Shown one piece after another: positions 47,144 through 56,125 of a stretch of DNA of 64,000 bases (position 1 is its first letter; every line of letters begins with the position of its first letter). The position numbers and the translations under genes were made by a program. The stretch spans positions 52,249-116,248 of the forward strand of contig JBEKWS010000016.1 in NCBI GenBank assembly GCA_049512815.1. Reading direction: 5' to 3'. The notes beneath the pieces are model-generated. The model had not been told where the DNA came from. It saw nothing but the letters and a program-made list of their open reading frames with translations, and did not search any database. The stretch comes from Bacteroidales bacterium. GTDB lineage: Bacteria; Bacteroidota; Bacteroidia; Bacteroidales; VadinHA17.

Positions 47144-48541
47144 TTATATATTATTAGGCATTGTTATTGTAAAGATACTCCCTTTTCCTGGTTTACTGCT
47201 AACGGTTACATCTCCACCATGAGCTTCCGCAATTTTTTTTACATAATAAAGGCCCAGACCCAACCCTTTGAATTTATGAATGTTTCCCGTTGAGGCCCTG
47301 TAAAACTTATCAAAAATATGTTTTTGGTCGACCTTATTAATTCCAATTCCATTATCGGCAACTTTAATACATATATTATTGTCCTGGGTAAAGCCTTCGA
47401 TATCAATTATAGGTTCTTTTTCTGAATACTTCACTGCATTGGAAAGAAGATTATTAATAAGTGTTGTAAAATAAACAACATCAAGATCAACCTTCGTTCC
47501 GCTGAAATTATATTTCTGACTTATTGTAGCGCAGTTACCACTACCTGATTTAAAACTGTCAACAACATCATTCATCAGTTCCTCAATCTCAACTGTTTTT
47601 TTATCAAGTTGGAATTGCGTTCTTTCCCACATGCTTATCTCAAGTATCATATTGATAAGCTGATTCAGATGAACACTTTGCTTCCCTATAAGTTTTGCGG
47701 TTTCCAGTATCTTAGCATCATCATTTCTTATCTGAACCAGTTCAAGAGTCTTTCCAGCTACAGTAATGGTTGATAAAGGTGTTTTTAACTCATGGGTCAT
47801 ATTATTTATGAAGTCTGTCTTAAGATTCGAGAGCCTCTTTTCTTCCATCAGGTTTTTATAGGTTATCATAAAAATAATGACTACGACAAGAATACTTAAG
47901 ATACTCATTGCAAGGAAGACAGAAGTCTCTTTTAAAATCACTTTCTGCTTATCGGAAAAGTCAATATAGTATTCAAAAATGAACCTGTAATTATTATCCT
48001 CCAGATTGAACCAGTTAACCATGATTTTCTCTCTGGTATTATCTGAAAGGCCAGTTCTTCCAGCCTGGTTCGATTGGCGGCGGTTCAAAAAACCTTCATT
48101 CTGGTATATTGCAATTGTGTCATTATTGATCATCTCAAGGTCTATAATTGAAATCGTGAACTTGAATTTTTTTTCAAATCCCCGCCTTTCAAAATAGGAT
48201 GAAAGAAGGTCAGAAAGATCCTGTTCCTGGTTTACAACTTTTGTGAAATAATCGAGAATCTCCTTTTTTTTGGTAGTGAGTTCCTTTTGGTCTTTTATTG
48301 CATGTATTTCTTTATTAGCCTGCTCAGAATAATTTCTTAAAAGGAAACGAACCGTGTCGAAACCATCGGTTTGCATTCGCCTGTTGATAACGTCAAGTGC
48401 CTCTTTTGATAACATAGAATACCTGAGGACAAACATTTCGTCTCTCTGTTTCCAGATGCCTTTTATAATAAATATCTGGACAGATATGAGAATTATGATG
48501 GACACAATACCAAGAATCAGTACGGTATTTATCTTTTTCAT
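47144..48541 (-). CDS. Sensor histidine kinase (RprX-like)
   Basis: Two TMs, NMTHELKTP H-box, NAVKYS, DNGIG, GLGLGL. Confidence 0.93.
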   Translation of the reverse strand: MKKINTVLILGIVSIIILISVQIFIIKGIWKQRDEMFVLRYSMLSKEALDVINRRMQTDGFDTVRFLLRNYSEQANKEIHAIKDQKELTTKKKEILDYFTKVVNQEQDLSDLLSSYFERRGFEKKFKFTISIIDLEMINNDTIAIYQNEGFLNRRQSNQAGRTGLSDNTREKIMVNWFNLEDNNYRFIFEYYIDFSDKQKVILKETSVFLAMSILSILVVVIIFMITYKNLMEEKRLSNLKTDFINNMTHELKTPLSTITVAGKTLELVQIRNDDAKILETAKLIGKQSVHLNQLINMILEISMWERTQFQLDKKTVEIEELMNDVVDSFKSGSGNCATISQKYNFSGTKVDLDVVYFTTLINNLLSNAVKYSEKEPIIDIEGFTQDNNICIKVADNGIGINKVDQKHIFDKFYRASTGNIHKFKGLGLGLYYVKKIAEAHGGDVTVSSKPGKGSIFTITMPNNI

Positions 48542-48605
48542 CTTTTAAATTTTACTTTTTCAAAATTATTCATTTTAATGATAGCTCATTACTATTGTCC
48601 AGACA

Positions 48606-48632
48606 TTAACCCTGTATTAACCCTGTGTTAAC
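48606..48632. promoter_or_regulatory. Three TTAAC direct repeats at 11-bp spacing; candidate OmpR-type binding site
   Basis: TTAACCCTGTA TTAACCCTGTG TTAAC in the divergent intergenic region. Confidence 0.65.
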
Positions 48633-48689
48633 AAAATAGCAATAGAACAGGCTGTATCTTTACAATGTCAAACTTTAAAAAAGGTAGTC

Positions 48690-49397
48690 ATGAAAAAGTT
48701 AAATTTATTATTAGCAGTTATTTTCCTTGTCTCAATAGGTTCTTCTTTTCAGCAGGTAACTGCCCAGGAAAAGACAAAAGAAGAGCAGGAAGCTGACCTA
48801 AAGATTCAGAAGAAAATCGACCAGCAGAAAAAAGCTATGGCCGAACAAAAGAAATCCCAGACTGAGGCAGAACAGGCTTTGAAAGAAAAACAGTCAGAGT
48901 TAGATAGCACTATGAGAGATTTCCGGGTTGTAGTTGAAAGTTCCGGGAAGGCCGGAGACAATATTATAAGGTACATGCCAAGAAGGAACAGATCGTTTGC
49001 TTTTGATGAACCTTTTGAATTCACTAATCCGGATGTACAATCATTTTTCGAAAATTCAATGAGTGTAAATTCTGAAAAAACAACATTGGATTTTTCAAAA
49101 ACAGTAAAGGAAAAAACATTCTCGAAAGATTACACTTTTGATGTTGAAAAGACGGTTAAGACAGTAGTTATGTCGGTAATGGGTGATTGTAAAGCAGGTG
49201 AAATCCGTATCAAAATCGTTATGCCTACCGGTAAGAACTATTCTGATATTTTAATTGACGAATCGGGCAACCTGAACTGGAGAAAATCATTCACAATCTC
49301 TGAAACAGAGAATCAGGATAAAACCGGGGAATGGAAATTTCAGATTTCATCGACAAAAGCAACAGGATTTTTTAAGATTTCACTTCAGTCTTATTAG
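48690..49397 (+). CDS. Exported hypothetical protein (coiled coil + C-terminal beta domain)
   Basis: Signal peptide ending VTAQ, K/E/Q-rich helix, beta-rich C-terminus (GEWKFQI). Confidence 0.7.
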   Translation: MKKLNLLLAVIFLVSIGSSFQQVTAQEKTKEEQEADLKIQKKIDQQKKAMAEQKKSQTEAEQALKEKQSELDSTMRDFRVVVESSGKAGDNIIRYMPRRNRSFAFDEPFEFTNPDVQSFFENSMSVNSEKTTLDFSKTVKEKTFSKDYTFDVEKTVKTVVMSVMGDCKAGEIRIKIVMPTGKNYSDILIDESGNLNWRKSFTISETENQDKTGEWKFQISSTKATGFFKISLQSY

Positions 49398-49413
49398 TTT
49401 TCATTCCTTGTAA

Positions 49414-49449
49414 GAAGGGGACTGGCAAGAGGGCTGTTCCCTTTTTTTT
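49414..49449 (+). terminator. Probable rho-independent terminator
   Basis: Imperfect stem aaggggactggc/gctgttccctt followed by a T-run. Confidence 0.55.
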
Positions 49450-49492
49450 ATTCCGATTGAGCCGAAGCCCCTCCTTGCTTTAATTATTTTTT

Positions 49493-49984
49493 TCATTTTC
49501 TGCTGCGATTTAATGGTTTTTTATGTGCAGACCTGATCTGGCAGTTGTTGAAAAACGGATCCCAATTTCTGTTCTGATAAAATTCGGTTGTTTTAATGTT
49601 AAAATATCCAAGGACATGCTTGGGTGATAAAGTATAGATCAATTCGTCATTGTCACCATAATACGGGTCAGTAACAGTCAGAACTTCTTCAATGCCAACA
49701 TCTTTTTTATTGGAAACACTTGTATAGAATTCGTATATTATTTTAGGTATTGCAATAATTATAGTGTATGAACCATAATCTTTCCTCAGGAAAAAAAAGT
49801 AAGAAACTTCAATAGTCTCGTTGGGATTAACACGGTCGGTAGAATGAGAAAGTTGGCTTTCGAAGATAAACCCTTCATTCATAATGTTTTCAACGATGCT
49901 GAACTCTCTGGTGTTATGGAGGAAGAAATAGCAGTCCTTAAAATTCTTAAGAATTGATGCAAGTATCTCTCCTTTATTCTTCAT
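49493..49984 (-). CDS. Hypothetical protein (possible ART-like fold)
   Basis: 163-aa ORF with its own -7-like box near 50020; LHNT...NIMNEGF pattern. Confidence 0.65.
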   Translation of the reverse strand: MKNKGEILASILKNFKDCYFFLHNTREFSIVENIMNEGFIFESQLSHSTDRVNPNETIEVSYFFFLRKDYGSYTIIIAIPKIIYEFYTSVSNKKDVGIEEVLTVTDPYYGDNDELIYTLSPKHVLGYFNIKTTEFYQNRNWDPFFNNCQIRSAHKKPLNRSRK

Positions 49985-50076
49985 CCGTCAGGAAGTCGAT
50001 TTTCCGTTAAATCTTATCCAAAAATAGCTTATATTATTTTATTTGCAACACTTAAACCATTTGTTATGTTATATGT

Positions 50077-50084
50077 TAAATTTG
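50077..50084 (+). promoter_or_regulatory. -7 promoter element of the metal ABC operon
   Basis: TAAATTTG. Confidence 0.55.
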
Positions 50085-50109
50085 TAGCCAGCTTTGAATT
50101 TTCTATGTA

Positions 50110-50982
50110 ATGAGAAAAATATTTTGTTTTCTGATAACAGGTTTGATGATATCATGTGGCCTGAATGTTGCTGATTCCGGAAACAGAATAATTACCGTGA
50201 GTATTGCGCCGTTCAAATACTTTGTTGAAGAGATTGCAGGTAATGACTTTACGGTTAATATCATGGTACCTGCCGGAGCGGATCCTCATACCTACGAGCC
50301 TTTCCCTGAACAAATTAACAAACTCAGAAAATCGGTTGCCTATATCAGCAATGGTTATCTGGGCTTTGAGATGAACTGGCTCGATCGTTTTTATGAGACA
50401 AACAGAACAATGAAGAGGTTATCATTAGGTGATAGAATTGATCCACTTAACTCCTTTCATCATAGTGAAGGAGGGCACATTGTGAGCGCAGATCCACATT
50501 ACTGGGTATCTCCAAAATGTGCCATGATAATGGCAACATCTTTAAAAGAATTCCTATGTGATCTGAATCCGTCACAAAAACAGAAATATGAAACAAATTA
50601 TCAGGTTCTTGTCTCAAGAATTCAGGAAGTGGATAATAAAGCCAGGGAACTTTTTTCGGGTGTGCAGAACAGGTCCTTCATGATATATCATCCTAATCTG
50701 GCTTATATTGCGAGAGACTATAGCCTTGAGGAGATACCTGTTGAATTTGAGGGTAAAGAACCGCCCCCCTCCAGACTTAAAGAACTTATTGACCGTGCCA
50801 GGGCTGATCATCTGAAAACAATATTTGTACAGAGGGAATTTGACACCAAAAATGCGAAAGCTATTGCTGGTGAAATCGGTGCTAAAATACAAATTATTGA
50901 TCCTCTGTCGGAAAACTGGCAGAAATCAACAATGGATATTATTAATGCATTGCATAACAGTTTAATTGAAAGTTCAAAATAG
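50110..50982 (+). CDS. znuA: Zn/Mn ABC transporter substrate-binding lipoprotein
   Basis: Lipobox MISC, DPHTYEP, DPHYWVSP, YHP, EGKEP, DPL. Confidence 0.85.
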   Translation: MRKIFCFLITGLMISCGLNVADSGNRIITVSIAPFKYFVEEIAGNDFTVNIMVPAGADPHTYEPFPEQINKLRKSVAYISNGYLGFEMNWLDRFYETNRTMKRLSLGDRIDPLNSFHHSEGGHIVSADPHYWVSPKCAMIMATSLKEFLCDLNPSQKQKYETNYQVLVSRIQEVDNKARELFSGVQNRSFMIYHPNLAYIARDYSLEEIPVEFEGKEPPPSRLKELIDRARADHLKTIFVQREFDTKNAKAIAGEIGAKIQIIDPLSENWQKSTMDIINALHNSLIESSK

Positions 50983-50991
50983 TCAGGATTC

Positions 50992-51738
50992 ATGGCCTAT
51001 TTATTCGAAATGCATTCTTTGTCAGCTTCTTATGGTGCAAATATGGTTTTGCAGGATGTGGATTTAAGGGTAAACGAGAATGATTTTATTGGCGTTATTG
51101 GTCCAAACGGAGGTGGGAAAACCACACTTTTAAAAATAATTCTTGGTTTGCTTAAACCGGTAAAAGGTAAAATAGTTTTCAATGATGAACTTTTAAATGG
51201 AAACAGCATCGGTTACCTTCCTCAGATATCAACAGGCGACTTAAATTACCCGGTATCCGTGACCGATATTATTCTTTCAGGCCTCATGATCAGGAAAGGG
51301 ATAATCTCAAGAATGTCTTCATCCGACAAAACAAGAGCAAAAACCGTGATTGAAGAACTTGGTTTATCGGAAATGGCTAAATCCACTTTAAATGAATTGT
51401 CAGGCGGACAGATGCAAAGGGTTTTTTTGGGACGAGCAATTATCGGAAATCCACGGTTGCTTTTGCTTGACGAACCCGGAAATTTCGTTGATACAACATT
51501 TGAAAATGATTTTTATGAAAAGTTAAGAGACCTCAATAAACGCATGGCAATTCTTATGGTTTCCCACGATGTTGGAACCATTTCATCGCATATTAAATCG
51601 TTTGCCTGTGTAAACAGAAGTCTTCACTATCATCCTTCGCATGAGATCACAAATGAAGATCTGCTTGCTTATGGGTGCCCGATTCAGCTTGTAACACATG
51701 GAGATGTTCCCCATACAGTACTTAAATATCATAAATAG
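50992..51738 (+). CDS. znuC: Metal ABC transporter ATP-binding protein
   Basis: GPNGGGKT, LSGGQ, LDEP, SHD, His-rich C-terminus. Confidence 0.85.
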   Translation: MAYLFEMHSLSASYGANMVLQDVDLRVNENDFIGVIGPNGGGKTTLLKIILGLLKPVKGKIVFNDELLNGNSIGYLPQISTGDLNYPVSVTDIILSGLMIRKGIISRMSSSDKTRAKTVIEELGLSEMAKSTLNELSGGQMQRVFLGRAIIGNPRLLLLDEPGNFVDTTFENDFYEKLRDLNKRMAILMVSHDVGTISSHIKSFACVNRSLHYHPSHEITNEDLLAYGCPIQLVTHGDVPHTVLKYHK

Positions 51739-52568
51739 TGGAAGCCAGTATATTTCAGTACGAATTCATAATTAAGGGACTTCTGGGAGCTATCTTTGCC
51801 AGTATAACAGCCGGATTAGCAGGAACATACGTTGTATCAAAAAGGATGGTCTTTTTAAGTGGTGGTATAACACATGCTTCATTCGGTGGTATTGGTATAG
51901 GCTATTTTATTGGTATCAATCCTGTAGTCGGAGCTGCTGTTTTTGGCATCCTGTCGGCTCTGGGTATTGAATATCTTTCTGTTAAGCAGAAAATCAGAGA
52001 AGACTCGGCAATTGGAATATTATGGGCTTTTGGCATGGCAATCGGAATAATTTTCATCTACCTGACACCCGGATATACACCTAACCTGATGAGTTATCTC
52101 TTCGGAAGTATCCTCACTGTTTCTCATGCTGATATAATTGCGTTGGGAATAATGTCTGCAATTTTGATTCTCTACTTTGGGATATTCTACAGGGCCATAC
52201 TTTATATCTCTTTCGATGAGGTATTTGCAAGGACATATTCATCATATGTTGATATGTTTAAATATGTAACCACATCCTTGATTGCCCTTACAATTGTTTT
52301 GAATATCAGAATGGCCGGTGTAGTCCTCGTTATTTCATTGTTGACTATTCCGCCAAACATTGCCATGTTATTCACCAGGGTCTATTTTAAAATAGTTGTA
52401 TGGTCAATTCTGGCAGGATTTATCGGTACCGCAACAGGATATGTTGTTTCTTATTATGCAGGGATACCTGTGGGAGCCACAATTATCTTTACGCTTGTAA
52501 TTCTCTGGGTACTTGTAAAAACAACCACTCTGATAATATTGAAATTCTCAAAAAAAGAAATGAAATAA
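51738..52568 (+). CDS. znuB: Metal ABC transporter permease
   Basis: GITHASFGG, YLFGSIL; GTG start overlaps the upstream TAG. Confidence 0.85.
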   Translation: MEASIFQYEFIIKGLLGAIFASITAGLAGTYVVSKRMVFLSGGITHASFGGIGIGYFIGINPVVGAAVFGILSALGIEYLSVKQKIREDSAIGILWAFGMAIGIIFIYLTPGYTPNLMSYLFGSILTVSHADIIALGIMSAILILYFGIFYRAILYISFDEVFARTYSSYVDMFKYVTTSLIALTIVLNIRMAGVVLVISLLTIPPNIAMLFTRVYFKIVVWSILAGFIGTATGYVVSYYAGIPVGATIIFTLVILWVLVKTTTLIILKFSKKEMK

Positions 52569-52580
52569 TGTTATGAAAAA

Positions 52581-52655
52581 CCCTTTGTTACCTTAGTGGT
52601 AAAAATAAAATTCATTTAACCACAAAGGATCACAAAGGAATACTCAAAGGAACAC
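52581..52655. repeat. CACAAAGG-type repeats with an inverted copy
   Basis: ccctttgttaccttagtggt ... accacaaagg atcacaaagg aatactcaaagg. Confidence 0.6.
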
Positions 52656-52765
52656 CTGGGAAAAACAGGACCGATCTCCAAGTTGAGATATTATTTGTTA
52701 AAATTATTGACCAGGTTTCTATGTTTAAAAATATTAATATTCTTAATGATTAAAATACAGATACG

Positions 52766-54169
52766 ATGGACTATGATATTATAATTATTGGAAGTGGACC
52801 CGGTGGTTACGTTGCTGCAATCAGGGCATCACAACTGAAAATGAAAGTAGCTGTTGTAGAAAGAGCTGAACTTGGTGGAATCTGTCTTAACTGGGGATGT
52901 ATCCCCACAAAATCACTCTTAAAAAGTGCCCAGGTATTCGAATATCTGACTCACGCATCTGATTATGGAATTACGATCTCAGGTGAAATAAAGCCGGATT
53001 TTAATGCAATTATTGCCAGAAGCAGAAATGTGGCTAATGGTATGAGTAAAGGAGTTCAGTTCCTTTTCAAAAAAAACAATATTGAACATATCAAAGGATT
53101 TGGCCGTCTTGCAGGCATTAATAAGGCAGAGGTTGAGGTAGAGGTAGAGGCTCCTGATGGGACAAGAAAAAAATATTCCTCGGGGAATGTCATTCTAGCT
53201 ACGGGAGCGAGATCGAAAGAGCTGCCAAATCTGAAACAGGATGGTAAAAAGATAATTGGCTATCGGGAGGCTATGACACTCGAAAAACTGCCGGGTTCAA
53301 TGGTTGTAGTAGGATCAGGCGCTATCGGCAGCGAATTTGCTAATTTTTATCAGTCACTCGGAACAAATGTGACGCTGGTTGAGTTTTTGCCAAGGGTTGT
53401 ACCGGTTGAAGATGAAGAGGTCTCAAAACAGATGGAGAGATCGTTCAGGAAGATAGGCATGAAGGTAATGACAGGTTCATCGGTTGAAGCTGTTGATGCT
53501 ACAAAAGATAAGTGCCAGGTAACTATTAAGACACCAAAGGGACAGGAGATTGTTGAAGCTGACATCGTATTATCCGCAGTTGGGATAACAACTAACATTG
53601 AAAATATAGGTCTTGAAAAAGCTGGTGTTAAAACTGATAAAGGCAAAGTGGTTGTTGACGATTTTTACCGTACATCTGTTCCGGGAATTTTTGCTATCGG
53701 TGATATTGTTCATGGACCGGCTCTGGCTCATGTTGCTTCGGCGGAAGGGATTATATGTGTTGAAAAGATAGCAGGAATTGATGTTGAACCTCTTGATTAT
53801 AAGAATATTCCCGGATGTACATACACCACTCCGGAGATTGCATCATGCGGTCTTACTGAAGCTGCTGCAAGAGAAGCCGGCTATGATATTAAAGTCGGGA
53901 AATTTCCATTTACCGCCTCCGGTAAAGCAAGTGCTTCTGGTGCAAAAGATGGTTTTGTCAAACTTATATTTGATGCCACATATGGCGAATTGCTTGGAGC
54001 ACACATGATTGGAGCCAATGTTACAGAGATGATTGCAGAGATAGTTGTTGCCAGAAGACTTGAGACCACAGCTCATGAACTTATTAAAGCCGTACATCCT
54101 CACCCTACAATGTCTGAAGCCATTATGGAGGCTGCTGCCGCTGCATATGGTGAAGTGATACACCTATAA
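52766..54169 (+). CDS. lpdA: Dihydrolipoyl dehydrogenase
   Basis: GSGPGGY, GGICLNWGCIP, GSGAIG, HPHPTMSE. Confidence 0.95.
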   Translation: MDYDIIIIGSGPGGYVAAIRASQLKMKVAVVERAELGGICLNWGCIPTKSLLKSAQVFEYLTHASDYGITISGEIKPDFNAIIARSRNVANGMSKGVQFLFKKNNIEHIKGFGRLAGINKAEVEVEVEAPDGTRKKYSSGNVILATGARSKELPNLKQDGKKIIGYREAMTLEKLPGSMVVVGSGAIGSEFANFYQSLGTNVTLVEFLPRVVPVEDEEVSKQMERSFRKIGMKVMTGSSVEAVDATKDKCQVTIKTPKGQEIVEADIVLSAVGITTNIENIGLEKAGVKTDKGKVVVDDFYRTSVPGIFAIGDIVHGPALAHVASAEGIICVEKIAGIDVEPLDYKNIPGCTYTTPEIASCGLTEAAAREAGYDIKVGKFPFTASGKASASGAKDGFVKLIFDATYGELLGAHMIGANVTEMIAEIVVARRLETTAHELIKAVHPHPTMSEAIMEAAAAAYGEVIHL

Positions 54170-54180
54170 TCATGTTCATT

Positions 54181-54230
54181 TGGCTTCGCCGAGCTCACTT
54201 CGTTCGGTTCTTTTGCTCCTCGGTTCTTGC
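54181..54230. repeat. Fragment of palindromic repeat family C
   Basis: tggcttcgccgagctcacttcgttcggttctt is the near reverse complement of about 37768-37801. Confidence 0.7.
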
Positions 54231-54412
54231 ATCAAAGCAAATAAAAAGGATATATAATATTAATTTTAAGATACAGCAACGTATTTAAATAATTTACATA
54301 TATTATTGGTACTACACATTCAATACAGCATATCAAATTAATGCTAATTGATTTATATTTCATAAATTTAATCTGATAAATATTTATGTCCTTAAGCTGT
54401 TATTTTTGAATC

Positions 54413-54550
54413 ATGAGATACAAATCTGCCAAAAGACCAAAATCTTGTTCTAAATGTGGCTCTAAACTGGTAGTTGATATTGTACATCGTTACCCAAGTC
54501 ATAAACTAAACCTCTTTGTCTCCTGGTCACTTGCTAAAATAAATAATTAA
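54413..54550 (+). pseudogene. 45-aa ORF with a single CxxC; possible truncated zinc-ribbon gene
   Basis: MRYKSAKRPKSCSKCGSKLVVDIVHRYPSHKLNLFVSWSLAKINN*. Confidence 0.35.
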
Positions 54551-54584
54551 CACATATTTGGACTCACACTATAAACCTTTCATT

Positions 54585-55346
54585 ATGAAATTAATCCGTT
54601 ACAAACGCAGTTCTCTTATCTATGTTCTGATTGTAATGCAAATATTTTTATTAACTTCTTGTAATACAAAATCATACAATTCAAAACATCAAGTCGGGAA
54701 GATTGGTTTTATTGGGTTTTATCTTGACATGGACTATTTAAAAGTAAAAAGTATAATGGATTCTTTGCTTAACATCGATGAATTACATTATTTTGAAACT
54801 ACAGATGTAGTTGGGGCCAAACAAAAAAACTTATACTATGATTTTTCAGGAATAAGTCCTGCTCTTTGTGCAAAAGTTAATCTTAGAGGGAGTTATATAA
54901 TTAATGAAAGGTTAACCAGTATTCAATTAACTCTGTGTACCAGGTCGAATACAGAAAAACCAGTATTTTCATATAATTGCGGCCTGATTGAACTTGAAAA
55001 ATTGTTTGAATCATATAGAGAAGAATATGGAAAACCAACCTTACTTGGCCAGGGAGAAAAATATGATTGGTTGTCAAAAAAAATATTAAATGTTTATCTC
55101 CCGGGTCCAAAGGGAAGATGGCTATTGGATAAGATATATTATTGGGAGAGGGGAAACTATATAATATATTTTGATTTTGGGTATCCGGAAAGTTTGGCCA
55201 ATTCTGGTAATCCAACTAAAAAATCTGATGTTCCTGGATTACATGATTCGACAAGTGCTCCAATAATTTTCTATGACTTTACTCAGGAATATATTGATAA
55301 ACTGCTTGAGAAAGCAAGTAGTAAAAAAGAAGAAGAATTTAAATAA
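54585..55346 (+). CDS. Hypothetical lipoprotein in an AT-rich island
   Basis: ATG at 54585, lipobox LTSC; no recognisable domain. Confidence 0.65.
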   Translation: MKLIRYKRSSLIYVLIVMQIFLLTSCNTKSYNSKHQVGKIGFIGFYLDMDYLKVKSIMDSLLNIDELHYFETTDVVGAKQKNLYYDFSGISPALCAKVNLRGSYIINERLTSIQLTLCTRSNTEKPVFSYNCGLIELEKLFESYREEYGKPTLLGQGEKYDWLSKKILNVYLPGPKGRWLLDKIYYWERGNYIIYFDFGYPESLANSGNPTKKSDVPGLHDSTSAPIIFYDFTQEYIDKLLEKASSKKEEEFK

Positions 55347-55564
55347 AAACAATAACTCTTTGTTAAATTCAAATCACCAAAAGTAAGATAACAAAAAAAT
55401 AGAGACATAACATCATAGGCTGCAGGTGCTGAAAACGTTTAAGTGATACATCTTTAACCCCCTTAACGCAACCTTTTTTTAAAAAAATTCATCAATCTTT
55501 TAAGAAATACTGGCAATTAAGATAATTATTTTATATTTTTATATTCTTAATCAGGTAAAAAACC

Positions 55565-56125
55565 TTGTCGGAGATAAAAAAAATAATAAATGGTTGTCTT
55601 GCCGGTAACAGAAGGGACCAGGAACTTCTGTATAGGAGGCATGCTGCTAAACTATATGCTGTATGTCTTCAGTATTCAGGTAATGATGAGGAGGCAAGGG
55701 ATATTTTACAGGAAGGGTTTATAAAAATATTTGAGAACCTTCCTCATTACAAACATGAGGGTTCTTTCGAGGGCTGGATGCGCCGGATAACAGTTAATAC
55801 AGCGCTGGAAAAATTCCGTAGCAGGCATAACCTTTATCGTGTTGATGATATAGATATGATACAGGAACCCGATGCGGAACCCGATAATCAGGATTATGCA
55901 GGTCTTGAAGCTAATGATCTGCTCGAAATTATCAGAGAATTGCCGAACAAATACAGAATGGTATTTAACCTTTATGCAATTGAAGGTTATTCGCATAAAG
56001 AGATCAGTGAAATGGTGGATATATCAGAAGGGACATCAAAATCAAATCTGTCCCGCGCAAGGGTAATCCTTCAAAGAAGAGTCGGATCATATACAGGGAT
56101 TAAGAAGCGAGTTGTAAATGGATGA
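55565..56125 (+). CDS. ECF RNA polymerase sigma factor
   Basis: DILQEGFIKIF, SFEGWMRRI, FNLYAIEGYSHKEI, GTSKSNLSRAR. Confidence 0.93.
   Translation: MSEIKKIINGCLAGNRRDQELLYRRHAAKLYAVCLQYSGNDEEARDILQEGFIKIFENLPHYKHEGSFEGWMRRITVNTALEKFRSRHNLYRVDDIDMIQEPDAEPDNQDYAGLEANDLLEIIRELPNKYRMVFNLYAIEGYSHKEISEMVDISEGTSKSNLSRARVILQRRVGSYTGIKKRVVNG

Noticed and set aside
50041-50080. Zur/Fur box upstream of znuA
   Set aside because: Only half-site-like strings (TTGCAACA, TGTTAT) with no convincing palindrome.
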